A stretch of 64,000 nt of DNA from a virus, in the IMG/VR virus record IMGVR_UViG_3300044712_000982, positions 21,373 through 85,372 of that record. One strand, 5' to 3'. A program made the position numbers and the translations under genes. How positions within the stretch are numbered: position 1 is the stretch's first letter; the number at the start of each line of letters is the position of its first letter. Shown here piece by piece: positions 47,915 through 56,474 of this stretch. The notes under the pieces were generated by a model that did not search any database, was not told the origin of the DNA, and saw nothing but the letters and a program-made list of their open reading frames with translations.

Positions 47915-48474
47915 GCGCGACATGCGAGGACGGCGCGAGGCCCGCGGCCATCGACCTGCACCGTCTCGGCGAACTCGTCATGGATCGCATGCTGAAGGTC
48001 GAGCGGCGGCGCCCAGACCTCGCCGACCCCAGCACCGCCACAGCGCTCCCGGACAGGCTCGACGTCTCCGTTGGCCTGCTCCGCAACGGCACCTGGGTCG
48101 AATGGCACGCGACGCTCGAAGTCCACGAGGAGAACGGCACATGGTGGGCGGCCGGCGACGGCGTCAACGCAGTCGGCACCGACATCGACGAGTTGGCCGA
48201 CATGATCGCTGGGGCGGTCGAAATGGCAGCCTGCGATGATGGCAACGTGACTACCTCAACCGCAACGCCGCCCGTGTCGGATGTGAGCCCGGAGTCCCCG
48301 CAGTATTCGATGGTGCCGCACGGCGACGAGCCGCAGGCGACCATCCGTTGGATGATCGTTTGTGATGAGGGGTGGCGCACCTCGATCGTGTGCGAAGGCA
48401 TGTACGAGTGGGCCGCGAAATGGCTGCTCGGCGTGCTCGGCAGGAATCCGTACGCGCCGGAGACGCGCCCGTGA
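47911..48474 (+). CDS. hypothetical protein
   Basis: Coupled ORF. Confidence 0.45.
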   Translation: MSATCEDGARPAAIDLHRLGELVMDRMLKVERRRPDLADPSTATALPDRLDVSVGLLRNGTWVEWHATLEVHEENGTWWAAGDGVNAVGTDIDELADMIAGAVEMAACDDGNVTTSTATPPVSDVSPESPQYSMVPHGDEPQATIRWMIVCDEGWRTSIVCEGMYEWAAKWLLGVLGRNPYAPETRP

Positions 48475-49028
48475 AATCGATGATCTGCAACGTGCGCATC
48501 GCCGACGCCGATGCCGTCGAGGAAAAGTTTGGCGAGGCCGCACACGTCATATCGACGCTCCGGGCCATCCTCGCCGATAGAGAACGCGAACTGCTGGAAC
48601 TGAAAGGCCCATGCTTCACTCGGCGATGCCGGCTGCACTACGCACACTCCGGGCCGTGCGACATCGAGCGCGATTCGATGACCGCGACCCGTTTCCGGAT
48701 CCGGCCGTTCGACGTCGATGCCATCCAATGGACCGGCCGGGACTGCTGTTTCACCGAGGAGCGTATCCAAAGTCTCGTCGGCCCGGACACGTTCGAGTAC
48801 GTCGTCGAAGAGGACCGCGCCAACTCCGACGACCCGGACGCGTCGGCAGCGCTGCGTGACCACGACCACGGCGTGTGGCGGCCCGTCAAGGACGGAACGT
48901 GGATCGTCCGACGGTGCGACACCGGGCGGGTGTTCCGGCTCGCTGACGACGCGTTCAGGGCCGCGTACGAGCCGCTGCCGTACGTGGTTGACGAAGCCGG
49001 CGTGCACATCTACGAGGAGGCGCCGTGA
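48471..49028 (+). CDS. two small phage domains in one ORF
   Basis: LKGPC..CRLHYAHSGPC, then internal MTATRF..VDAIQWTG..GTWIVR..F..AYE starting at 48678. Confidence 0.55.
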   Translation: MKSMICNVRIADADAVEEKFGEAAHVISTLRAILADRERELLELKGPCFTRRCRLHYAHSGPCDIERDSMTATRFRIRPFDVDAIQWTGRDCCFTEERIQSLVGPDTFEYVVEEDRANSDDPDASAALRDHDHGVWRPVKDGTWIVRRCDTGRVFRLADDAFRAAYEPLPYVVDEAGVHIYEEAP

Positions 49029-49182
49029 GCAAGGTTCCGTGCGAGCCGTCCGCCGACATCCGTCAGGCGGCATCAGCGATGTGGCAAATTTACGTCGCGT
49101 TGACCGGCGAGGGATTCACCGAGCGGCAGGCACTCATCATCATCGGGCAGATGCTCGCTGCGGGCACGAATCGGAGCAGCGA

Positions 49183-49512
49183 ATGACCACCCCCCTAGCT
49201 CAGGTGGCCTACGCCGCGTACGGTGCCACGACCGGCGGTCTCAACTACCGCGGCGAGCCGATGCCAGAGTGGGCCGACCTCGGAGACCGGATCCAAGGCG
49301 CGTGGATTGCTGCCGCGCATGCTGTGGTCGATGCGGTCGAGGACCGGTCCAAGCCGGAGCCCCGGGAGTGGAAGCCGGTCCCGACGCATCGGCACCTGCG
49401 GTACGAATGCGCCGCCCACCGGACACCGCTCGGCGGCTGCAAATGCATGATCATGGACGGCGACGAGGTTGAGGTGCGCACCGCCGACTGTGTCTCTTGG
49501 TGCCCGTCGTGA
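49183..49512 (+). CDS. hypothetical phage protein
   Basis: LAQVAYAAYG..NYRGEPMPEWADL..W.AAA. Confidence 0.6.
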   Translation: MTTPLAQVAYAAYGATTGGLNYRGEPMPEWADLGDRIQGAWIAAAHAVVDAVEDRSKPEPREWKPVPTHRHLRYECAAHRTPLGGCKCMIMDGDEVEVRTADCVSWCPS

Positions 49513-49934
49513 CCGACGTCGAGGATCCGCTCGCTGACCGGCCCCGCGGGACCACCCCCGCCGTCGACTGGCGCCAGCTCGCCGCGCGTGTCGACCAGCG
49601 CGCCGCCGAGATTGCTGCTGGGCTCCAACGGCCCACCGGGCTCCAGCCGGGCGAGGAACGCGCCGCCGCGATCCGCGAGGTCTTCCGAAGCTGGCTTATG
49701 GGCGCCGAGGCGACCGAAGATCTCGAATTCGAGCGTGGATGCCTCGGCCGGCAAATTGAGGCCGAGCGGCAACGACGACTGCGCGACTGCGCCGACCTTC
49801 AAGTGCGGCTCGCTGATGCCCGTGCTGATGCGGCCGCTGGGCTGCGGCGATGGTGCAATGAGCGCACGGTGCCGTCACGGTATCGGCGCGATGGGGTCGA
49901 ACTGGCTACTAAGTGGCTTGAGGACGGCCGATGA
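49509..49934 (+). CDS. hypothetical protein
   Basis: Last gene of the coupled + strand run. Confidence 0.5.
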   Translation: MTDVEDPLADRPRGTTPAVDWRQLAARVDQRAAEIAAGLQRPTGLQPGEERAAAIREVFRSWLMGAEATEDLEFERGCLGRQIEAERQRRLRDCADLQVRLADARADAAAGLRRWCNERTVPSRYRRDGVELATKWLEDGR

Positions 49935-50146
49935 ATCGCGACGGTTTCAACCGTTACAACGGTTCCGACATATGCCCAGTGTCGGTGTCGCGAACCCACG
50001 ACGCGCGCCGTGACGGCACCTGCCGTTGGCGTGAACGCCGTTGCGCCTACCCAGTGGCCCGCCCGAAACCGGTACGCGTCGTCAGCGTGCTCGACGACGC
50101 GTACCGATACATGTGGGACCCGGACTACGGGCTCACTCCCTGACCG

Positions 50147-51280
50147 TCACTTCTTCGCATCGAGTCGCACCGGCATCATCAGGTACACGTACCCACCCAT
50201 CGGCGCACCGTCGCCATCCGCGGGCGTCAACGTGGCCGGATTCTTCGGCTCATTGAACGACAGCGTCGCCATCGAAGTCCCGACCGACGCCAACCCATCG
50301 AGCAGATATTGATGGTTGAACGCGATCGTCATCGACTCGCCGTTGTACGTGCAGTCCATGGCCTCGCTGGCGCGGGCGTCCTCGCTGCCGCTGGCCTCGA
50401 CGACAAGACCGTCGTCGCTGAACGACAGCCGGATCGGGGTCGAGCGCTCGGCGACCAGGGCCACCCGCTTCACAACCTCCGCCAGCTCGCCGACGACGAC
50501 CGTCGCGGTGGCGGCGAACGAGTCTGGGATGAGTCGACGAACCGGCGGGAATTCGCCGTCGATCAGCCGCGACGTGGTGCGCCGTGCGCCAGCCGCGAAC
50601 CCGATCATGCCCTCGCCGATGGTGCCGCGCGACAGCGCAACCCCGACCGTCCCGGCGCCACCGATCGTCTTCGCCATGCCCTCCAGCGTGCGCGCCGGAA
50701 TCAGCGCCGACATGCCGCATGCCGGGTCGTCGGGCGTCCACGGAATGTCGCACACGGCCAGCCGGAACCGGTCGGTGGCGAGCATCGTCAACGTGTCGCC
50801 GGACAACTCCAGCCGGACCCCGGCGAGGATCGGCAAGTTGTCGTCACGTCCAGCGGCGACGGCCGTACGTGCTACCGCCCAGGCGAACACGCCAGCGTCG
50901 ACGCTGCCGGCCGAACCTGGCATGGGTGGCAGTGCCGGGTAGTCCTCGACCGCCATCGTCGGGAGCGTGAACCGGCCCGACCCGCACACGATCTCGACCT
51001 GCGCGCCGACCGTCGAGATGTCGACCGGCTTGTTGGGCAGCACCTTGGCGATGTCGGCGATCAGCCTCCCCGACACGAGCACGGCGCCCGGCTCGGAGAC
51101 GTGCGCCGGGACCGTCGTCTCGTTCGACACTTCGAAGTCGAAGCCGCTCACGGTCAGGTGATCGCCGTCGGCGCGCAGCATCACACCAGCCAGGATCGGC
51201 AACTGCGTCCGGGTCGGAAGTGCCTTCGCCGTTGCGGTCACGGCCGAGGCCAGGTCGTCACGGCCAATACGGATCTTCAT
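50147..51280 (-). CDS. dnaN: DNA polymerase III beta sliding clamp
   Basis: LPILAGV, SGFDFEVS, MLATDRFRLA, LIDGEFP, IAFNHQYLLDG, YLMMPVR. Confidence 0.95.
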   Translation of the reverse strand: MKIRIGRDDLASAVTATAKALPTRTQLPILAGVMLRADGDHLTVSGFDFEVSNETTVPAHVSEPGAVLVSGRLIADIAKVLPNKPVDISTVGAQVEIVCGSGRFTLPTMAVEDYPALPPMPGSAGSVDAGVFAWAVARTAVAAGRDDNLPILAGVRLELSGDTLTMLATDRFRLAVCDIPWTPDDPACGMSALIPARTLEGMAKTIGGAGTVGVALSRGTIGEGMIGFAAGARRTTSRLIDGEFPPVRRLIPDSFAATATVVVGELAEVVKRVALVAERSTPIRLSFSDDGLVVEASGSEDARASEAMDCTYNGESMTIAFNHQYLLDGLASVGTSMATLSFNEPKNPATLTPADGDGAPMGGYVYLMMPVRLDAKK

Positions 51281-51531
51281 TCGATTCCCTCCAGTATCGC
51301 GTAGGCGACCGCGGCCACCTGGACTAGTTCTTCACGGAGCGCGTCCGGGTCGCAGTCGAGCGCGGCCCGTGCGACCTCCCCGCATTCCTCCGTCAATACG
51401 GCAACCTTCACCATTAGCGGCACGTCGGGGCTGGAGCAGTCCCCGTGGCCGTGCGCATGCTGGCGTCCCCACAGCCGACGTTGCCGCGCACGCTCGGCGG
51501 CAACGTCGGCTGTAATGTCGTCGAATTTCAC
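51277..51531 (-). CDS. MazG-like nucleotide pyrophosphohydrolase
   Basis: VLTEECGEVARA..LREELVQVAAVA. Confidence 0.8.
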   Translation of the reverse strand: MKFDDITADVAAERARQRRLWGRQHAHGHGDCSSPDVPLMVKVAVLTEECGEVARAALDCDPDALREELVQVAAVAYAILEGIE

Positions 51532-53501
51532 AGCTCGAACAGCCGCGGCTGCGACATCTCGTCGTCGAGACCGCGCAGCGTCTTGACTGCGGTCTCCCAG
51601 TAGGACGGCTTCAGTTCGATGCCGAGCGCGCGGCGTCCCCGCTTGACGGACACATACAGCTCGGATCCGATGCCGGCGAACGGCGTGAACACAGTCTCGC
51701 CCTGCCGTGAATACATCCGGACGCACCGGTCGATGAAATCCAACTGGAGAGGACAGTTGTGAACGACGGCGCCCTCCGCGACGAAAGAGGCGTCGTCCTC
51801 CACCTGAAGGTCCCATACCTCTGCGAATCCTGAGGGCTGCGAACGGCGCACCTTCTTCCATGCTCCGTCGGTGTCTATCCACCCAGACTGGCGGTATCCC
51901 TCACTGTTCCGAAAGGCGAAGATCCAGTCCTGGCGGGCAACGACCGACCGACCGTCGATCACGTGCTTGCGTTCTGGTCGGCCAGCGTAAACGCTCGCCA
52001 CCACGCCACGGGCACGCTGTGCCACCATGGCCATGCCCAGCAGGAGCGCCCGAGATACCGACGATGCCGTCCACCGGTCGTAGCGTCCGACGTAGTGACC
52101 ATCGGCCGACAGATATCCGGCCAACAGTGCCTCCGCTTTCGGCTGTGGCAACGTCAGAAGTTCCCCCGGCACTCGCTTTCGATGGGCACCCTCGCCGCAA
52201 CGGGCTAGCGTGGCGCGGAGGTCGGGTGACAGGTTCCTGAGGCTGACTTGGATGTCGGTGCCGGGGTCATGGGCCGCCCCTGCCTGGTGCCCCAGTCGCT
52301 CCGAAAGTTCGGCGAATTCACCCCGCGCGCACGACAGGATGAACTGACCCGTTCCGCCCCGTACGCCACTACGGCGATGAGCCGACGCTCGGTGTCCATC
52401 GCCCAGCCACCTACCAATGACCCAACACTCATGCTCGCTGAGTGGTGACTCTTCTATCGGAGGCAACGGAAGGTTGAGGTACGAACCCAGCGTTTCAGAT
52501 GCCGGAATCCACTCCGGCGCAGCAGACTGGGCTCGAGCCTTGGCATGAGGCCCAACACCCCGACGGGCCCACAGCATATGGTCGGCGGTGGTACGAAGAT
52601 CTGCAACCCCCTGGGCGCATGTACGAATCACCGGCTCAATGCCGTTGCACCGCTTCGCGGTTACCGCACGCCATCGGCCATGGTGGGTCAATACCTCGCC
52701 CCCCACCGGTACGGTCTCGATCGGCACGTACCCGTCCCGGGTAAGCACCAGCGATCCTTCGGCCAAGCAGATGTGCCTCTCATCCTCCGGATCGCGGCCG
52801 GCACGGACGTTGAGCGTGTTCGTCTCCTTGATGTCGGTCCATACCGGAGAGATGTGCTCACCGCCGAGCGCGGCACCCTCGCCACGGTCGAACCAGATCG
52901 GCGACGCCCACTCGATCCACTCATCGTTGGTGAAGTCCCCACCCTTCGCGTCGTGCGGGATCTTCGCCGCGTTGTCGCCGGGCTTCTTGAAAATCAGAAG
53001 GTAGTCGGCGAGTGCCGGGCGGATACCCATCGAATCGCGGTTCTTGGTCTGAAATGCGAGCGAATACGAATGCGTGCGGATACTCTGCGCCTGCGGGTCT
53101 TTCCAGATCGTAGCCTCCCCATAGAAGATCCATCCCTCATCCTGGAATGCCCGGATCACGTCGCCGCGGAAGTCGGTCAGTCCGATGTGCCCGTGGGTGA
53201 CCTTCGACGTCGTGAGCTGCTGAACGTGCACGCAGGCGTTGCGTCCCGGCTTCGTGATCCGCAGCTGCTCACGGATGATGAACCGGTAGTGGTCCAGGAA
53301 TTCCGTACGGGTGGACGAGTTGCCCAGGTCGCGGACGCTCGGCGAATAGACGAAGAGCGAAGCGAACGGGGGGCTACACACTGACAGGTCGACCGACTCA
53401 TCCGGAATCTCGGCCATGCGCTCGCACGAGTCGCCGAGCATGAGCCGCCACATGTCGCCGCATGCGTCGTCGGTCACGTATCCGTCGGTCTCGGTGGTCA
53501 C
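51528..53501 (-). CDS. DNA N6-adenine/N4-cytosine methyltransferase with intein
   Basis: LGDSCE, SVCSPPF, KPGRNACVH; after intein CPLQLDFIDRC, FTPFAGIGSE. Confidence 0.9.
   Translation of the reverse strand: MTTETDGYVTDDACGDMWRLMLGDSCERMAEIPDESVDLSVCSPPFASLFVYSPSVRDLGNSSTRTEFLDHYRFIIREQLRITKPGRNACVHVQQLTTSKVTHGHIGLTDFRGDVIRAFQDEGWIFYGEATIWKDPQAQSIRTHSYSLAFQTKNRDSMGIRPALADYLLIFKKPGDNAAKIPHDAKGGDFTNDEWIEWASPIWFDRGEGAALGGEHISPVWTDIKETNTLNVRAGRDPEDERHICLAEGSLVLTRDGYVPIETVPVGGEVLTHHGRWRAVTAKRCNGIEPVIRTCAQGVADLRTTADHMLWARRGVGPHAKARAQSAAPEWIPASETLGSYLNLPLPPIEESPLSEHECWVIGRWLGDGHRASAHRRSGVRGGTGQFILSCARGEFAELSERLGHQAGAAHDPGTDIQVSLRNLSPDLRATLARCGEGAHRKRVPGELLTLPQPKAEALLAGYLSADGHYVGRYDRWTASSVSRALLLGMAMVAQRARGVVASVYAGRPERKHVIDGRSVVARQDWIFAFRNSEGYRQSGWIDTDGAWKKVRRSQPSGFAEVWDLQVEDDASFVAEGAVVHNCPLQLDFIDRCVRMYSRQGETVFTPFAGIGSELYVSVKRGRRALGIELKPSYWETAVKTLRGLDDEMSQPRLFEL
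51756..52769 (-). mobile_element. intein (338 aa) with LAGLIDADG homing endonuclease
   Basis: C1-LAEGSLVLT, T.DH block B, GRWLGDG and LAGYLSADG, VWDLQVEDDASFVAEGAVVHN followed by Cys+1. Confidence 0.93.
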
Positions 53502-55213
53502 TGCGATTCTCCGATCAGCGTGTTGCGGGACTGCATGGCGGTGACGAGCGCTTCGATCATCTGTGCCGCGTCTGATTCTTTCCGTGCGACGTTTGCCGCA
53601 ATCTGCGATTCCAGCTCGGACAGCACGACGTGCACGTTGACGATGCGCGCCTGACCGTACCGGTAGCAGCGGCGAATGGCCTGGTAGTAAGACTCGTATG
53701 AGTCAGACAGTCCAACAAATGCCATCCTGGCGCAATGCTGCCAGTTCATTCCAAACGAATACATTCCTGGTTTTACTACCAGGATTCGGAACTTTCCTGC
53801 GCGCCATTCCTGGTCAATCTCGACGCGCCTACCGACGGGAGTACGGCCGTCGATTCCGCGACATTCGTCGCCGAGTGCTGATACTAGCGCGTCTTGTTCG
53901 TCATTCAATCCACACCAGATGACCCACTGGTCCCGGCACGCATGATGTACCGGTACAATGCCATCATCCGGAGCGGATCGTCCTGCAGGTGACCCATCGC
54001 CAGGTTGCATGGCTGACAAAGAACACCGCGGACCATGCCGGTCGTATGGTTGTGGTCGATGTGCAGCCGAACCGTCTGATCCACATGATGATTCGCCCCA
54101 CATGCCTGACATCCGAGATCGAGCATCATCTCGATCTCGTCCCGGCTCAATCCGTACTGCCACGCCCTCCGCTGTAGGGGTTGACGTTTGCGATACTCGG
54201 ATACTTGGCGCTTGATCTCCTCCCGGTGCTTCGCGTCCAGCGCGTAGCGTTCGCGCCGCAAAGCATTCCTCCGCTCGTTCAGTTCCGGAGTTCGCTCCCA
54301 TTTTTCCTTGTTGGCCAAATAGTAGGCCCTGCTGTACTCTCTGCGATCCGCAGTCACTAACTAATTGTACAGCCCTATCAACCCGCGCGCTTAGGGTTGA
54401 ACGACGCACTTTCGCGCGTCCCCCGACCCCTCCGAGGTCAGTGGCGAACAGTTGACCCTCCGCCTCGACTTCGACCGGGATCAACTCCGGAACGATGTTG
54501 AGTCCCGGCAGGTTGTAGCCGGTGTCCGGGTAGCCGACGTCGGACGGTCGGCGGAGAGCAATCGCCCACGTCGACATCCACCGGAACATCGGGCCTTTCG
54601 CGTGGCCTTTGAGTCGCCATCCGTCCGAGTCGTGGACGAAGTAGCTGGCCAACATTTCCACGCGGGGCATGACCCCGAGGAATTCGGCCTGACTAGTGAG
54701 TTCCTCCGGGTCGTTGGGGGCCGGCGTGGCGGTGCATGCGAGCCGGTACGGCACGTCACGGAAGTGGGTGATGAGTTTCGTGCGGGTCTTGCCGTCGGAC
54801 TGCTTGAGGATGCTGGCCTCGTCGAGACATACAGCACCGAACAGCGCGGGCGAAAAGTGGTCGATCATCTCATAGTTGGTGACCCACACCCCGGGCCCGG
54901 TTACGTCATCGCCAGATCGTACGTACCGCGCGGTTACGTCGACCTTGGCGGCCTCGCGGACGGTCTGCTGGCACACGGCCAGCGGTGCGACAATCAGTGA
55001 CGTGTCGGCCGACAGCCGGCACCATTCGATCTGCTGGATCGTCTTGCCGAGCCCCGTATCTTCCCACATCGCCGCGCGCCCGACCCTGACCGCCCATTTG
55101 ACGATCCTGGCCTGCCATGGGTGCAGCATTGGGTGAACGTCTGACACGTCAATGTCACGGCCGAGATGCGACGCGGATCGTACCTTGCGCGCGAGGAATT
55201 CGGCGTAGCTCAC
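53498..55213 (-). CDS. SNF2/SF2 helicase-like protein with an insertion of about 135 aa
   Basis: DTGLGKT, LDEASILK, LACTATPAPND, WCGLNDEQ, GMNWQHC, QAIRRCYRYGQ. Confidence 0.9.
   Translation of the reverse strand: MSYAEFLARKVRSASHLGRDIDVSDVHPMLHPWQARIVKWAVRVGRAAMWEDTGLGKTIQQIEWCRLSADTSLIVAPLAVCQQTVREAAKVDVTARYVRSGDDVTGPGVWVTNYEMIDHFSPALFGAVCLDEASILKQSDGKTRTKLITHFRDVPYRLACTATPAPNDPEELTSQAEFLGVMPRVEMLASYFVHDSDGWRLKGHAKGPMFRWMSTWAIALRRPSDVGYPDTGYNLPGLNIVPELIPVEVEAEGQLFATDLGGVGGRAKVRRSTLSARVDRAVQLVSDCGSQRVQQGLLFGQQGKMGANSGTERAEECFAARTLRAGREAPGGDQAPSIRVSQTSTPTAEGVAVRIEPGRDRDDARSRMSGMWGESSCGSDGSAAHRPQPYDRHGPRCSLSAMQPGDGSPAGRSAPDDGIVPVHHACRDQWVIWCGLNDEQDALVSALGDECRGIDGRTPVGRRVEIDQEWRAGKFRILVVKPGMYSFGMNWQHCARMAFVGLSDSYESYYQAIRRCYRYGQARIVNVHVVLSELESQIAANVARKESDAAQMIEALVTAMQSRNTLIGESQ
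53905..54357 (-). mobile_element. endonuclease VII-family homing endonuclease nested in the +1 frame of the helicase
   Basis: YGLS..CQACG..LHIDHNHTTGMVRGVLCQPCNLAMGHLQDD. Confidence 0.88.
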
Positions 55214-55374
55214 TGGGCACGCTCGCGGTCAACGTCGAGCGACTGCTCGACGAGCACGATCAGTGCCGCGTTACGGCTCAGTCCTCGTCGCTTGGCGTAT
55301 TCGCCGAGTCTGGCATGTAGCTCATGTGGGAGCCGGTAGGTGCGTACGACCGGCTCCATCTGCTTGCTTGGCAT
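55210..55374 (-). CDS. Arc/RHH-family repressor (leaderless)
   Basis: VRTYRLPHELHARLGEYAKRRGLSRNAALIVLVE; TATGGT 6 nt upstream of ATG. Confidence 0.8.
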   Translation of the reverse strand: MPSKQMEPVVRTYRLPHELHARLGEYAKRRGLSRNAALIVLVEQSLDVDRERAQ

Positions 55375-55516
55375 GCCAGAACCATACCACACTGATACCG
55401 CGCCGGTTCACGTACGGTGCAAAACTGGTGGCGCGTCACGGTGACCTTGGCCATGTAGCCAGCCACGCCACCTGAGATGATGGCCGCACGGACGAGCCGA
55501 AAACGCCAGAAGCCGG

Positions 55517-55780
55517 CTAGCGCCAGGCGGTCTCTGGCTCGTCGAGCGGCACCGCCGAGAACGGATCCACCGTCTTGGCCTGTTCGGGCTCCACGGGCGC
55601 ACTGACGGCTTTCTGTGCGGCGCGTGCGAGGATGGCAGTGCGTTCGGACTGGGCTCGGAGCCGTTCGAGGACTGCATCTTGCCGAGCCCGTCGCTCTTGG
55701 GCGTCCTGCCTCACTTTGGCCCGGCGGATCATGGCGGCGTATTCGGGGTCACATTGGGAGAGGATCACGACGTCTTCCAT
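55517..55780 (-). CDS. small hypothetical protein
   Basis: CACAAT 6 nt upstream of ATG. Confidence 0.45.
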   Translation of the reverse strand: MEDVVILSQCDPEYAAMIRRAKVRQDAQERRARQDAVLERLRAQSERTAILARAAQKAVSAPVEPEQAKTVDPFSAVPLDEPETAWR

Positions 55781-55839
55781 GCGCCCATTGTGCCTGATGA
55801 TTCCCGCCGGGCGCTAATTCACTCAAGCGTGATTGCGAT

Positions 55840-55869
55840 TTGCCATTCTGTGGAATGGTGGAGTGTAAT
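55840..55869 (+). promoter_or_regulatory. promoter of lsr2
   Basis: TTGCCA-18 nt-TGTAAT. Confidence 0.5.
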
Positions 55870-55876
55870 AGCCGAC

Positions 55877-56233
55877 ATGGCGAAGCGAGTAATCCACATG
55901 CTGGTTGATGACCTCGACGGCGGGGACGCGAACGAGACGGTGCGGTTTGCGCTGGATGGCGCCCAGTACGACATTGACCTGTCGGAGAAGAACGCGGCGA
56001 CCCTGCGCGAAGTGTTGGCGCCATGGGTTGCGGCCGGCACGAAGGTCGCACGCGGGGGCGTCGTGAGTCGCATCGCCGACAGCGGAAAGCGCCGGCCGAC
56101 CGGCCTCAACCGGGAGCAGAACAAGGTAATCCGGGAGTGGGCGCAGTCGAAGGGCATCGTGCTGTCGGATCGCGGCCGTATCGCCAAGGAGATCGTTGCC
56201 CGATACAACGCTGAGGCCGGCGTCGCTGCCTGA
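55877..56233 (+). CDS. lsr2: Lsr2 nucleoid-associated protein / xenogeneic silencer
   Basis: LVDDLDGG.A.ETVRFALDG..Y.IDLS..NA; IREWA..G..LSDRGRI. Confidence 0.96.
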   Translation: MAKRVIHMLVDDLDGGDANETVRFALDGAQYDIDLSEKNAATLREVLAPWVAAGTKVARGGVVSRIADSGKRRPTGLNREQNKVIREWAQSKGIVLSDRGRIAKEIVARYNAEAGVAA

Positions 56234-56248
56234 GCGTTTCGATCCTTC

Positions 56249-56285
56249 CGGGGTCTCGGCGTGTGCCGGGGCCCCGTTTCGTTGT
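56249..56285 (+). terminator. intrinsic terminator after lsr2
   Basis: CGGGGTCTCGGC-GTGT-GCCGGGGCCCCG then TTTCGTTGT. Confidence 0.7.
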
Positions 56286-56474
56286 GTGTGTCGCTGGCCA
56301 CACATGGGGTGTTTGCGGCATTTCGGGCGCGCTATCCACCGTTCGGGGGCATTGAGTCGAGCCGTTGCCCGTGACACGCCGAGCCCACCGGCTGTTAGTT
56401 GGCTGGGAGCCTCGCATGTTCGGCGTGTGTCTATCCTCGGAGGGTTCGTCACGAACACCCCGGAAAGGATAGAT

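Noticed and set aside
53905-54357. Group I intron explaining the nested endonuclease
   Set aside because: The endonuclease ORF spans the whole insertion and overlaps conserved helicase codons; no P-Q-R-S core recognised. Not fully excluded without RT-PCR
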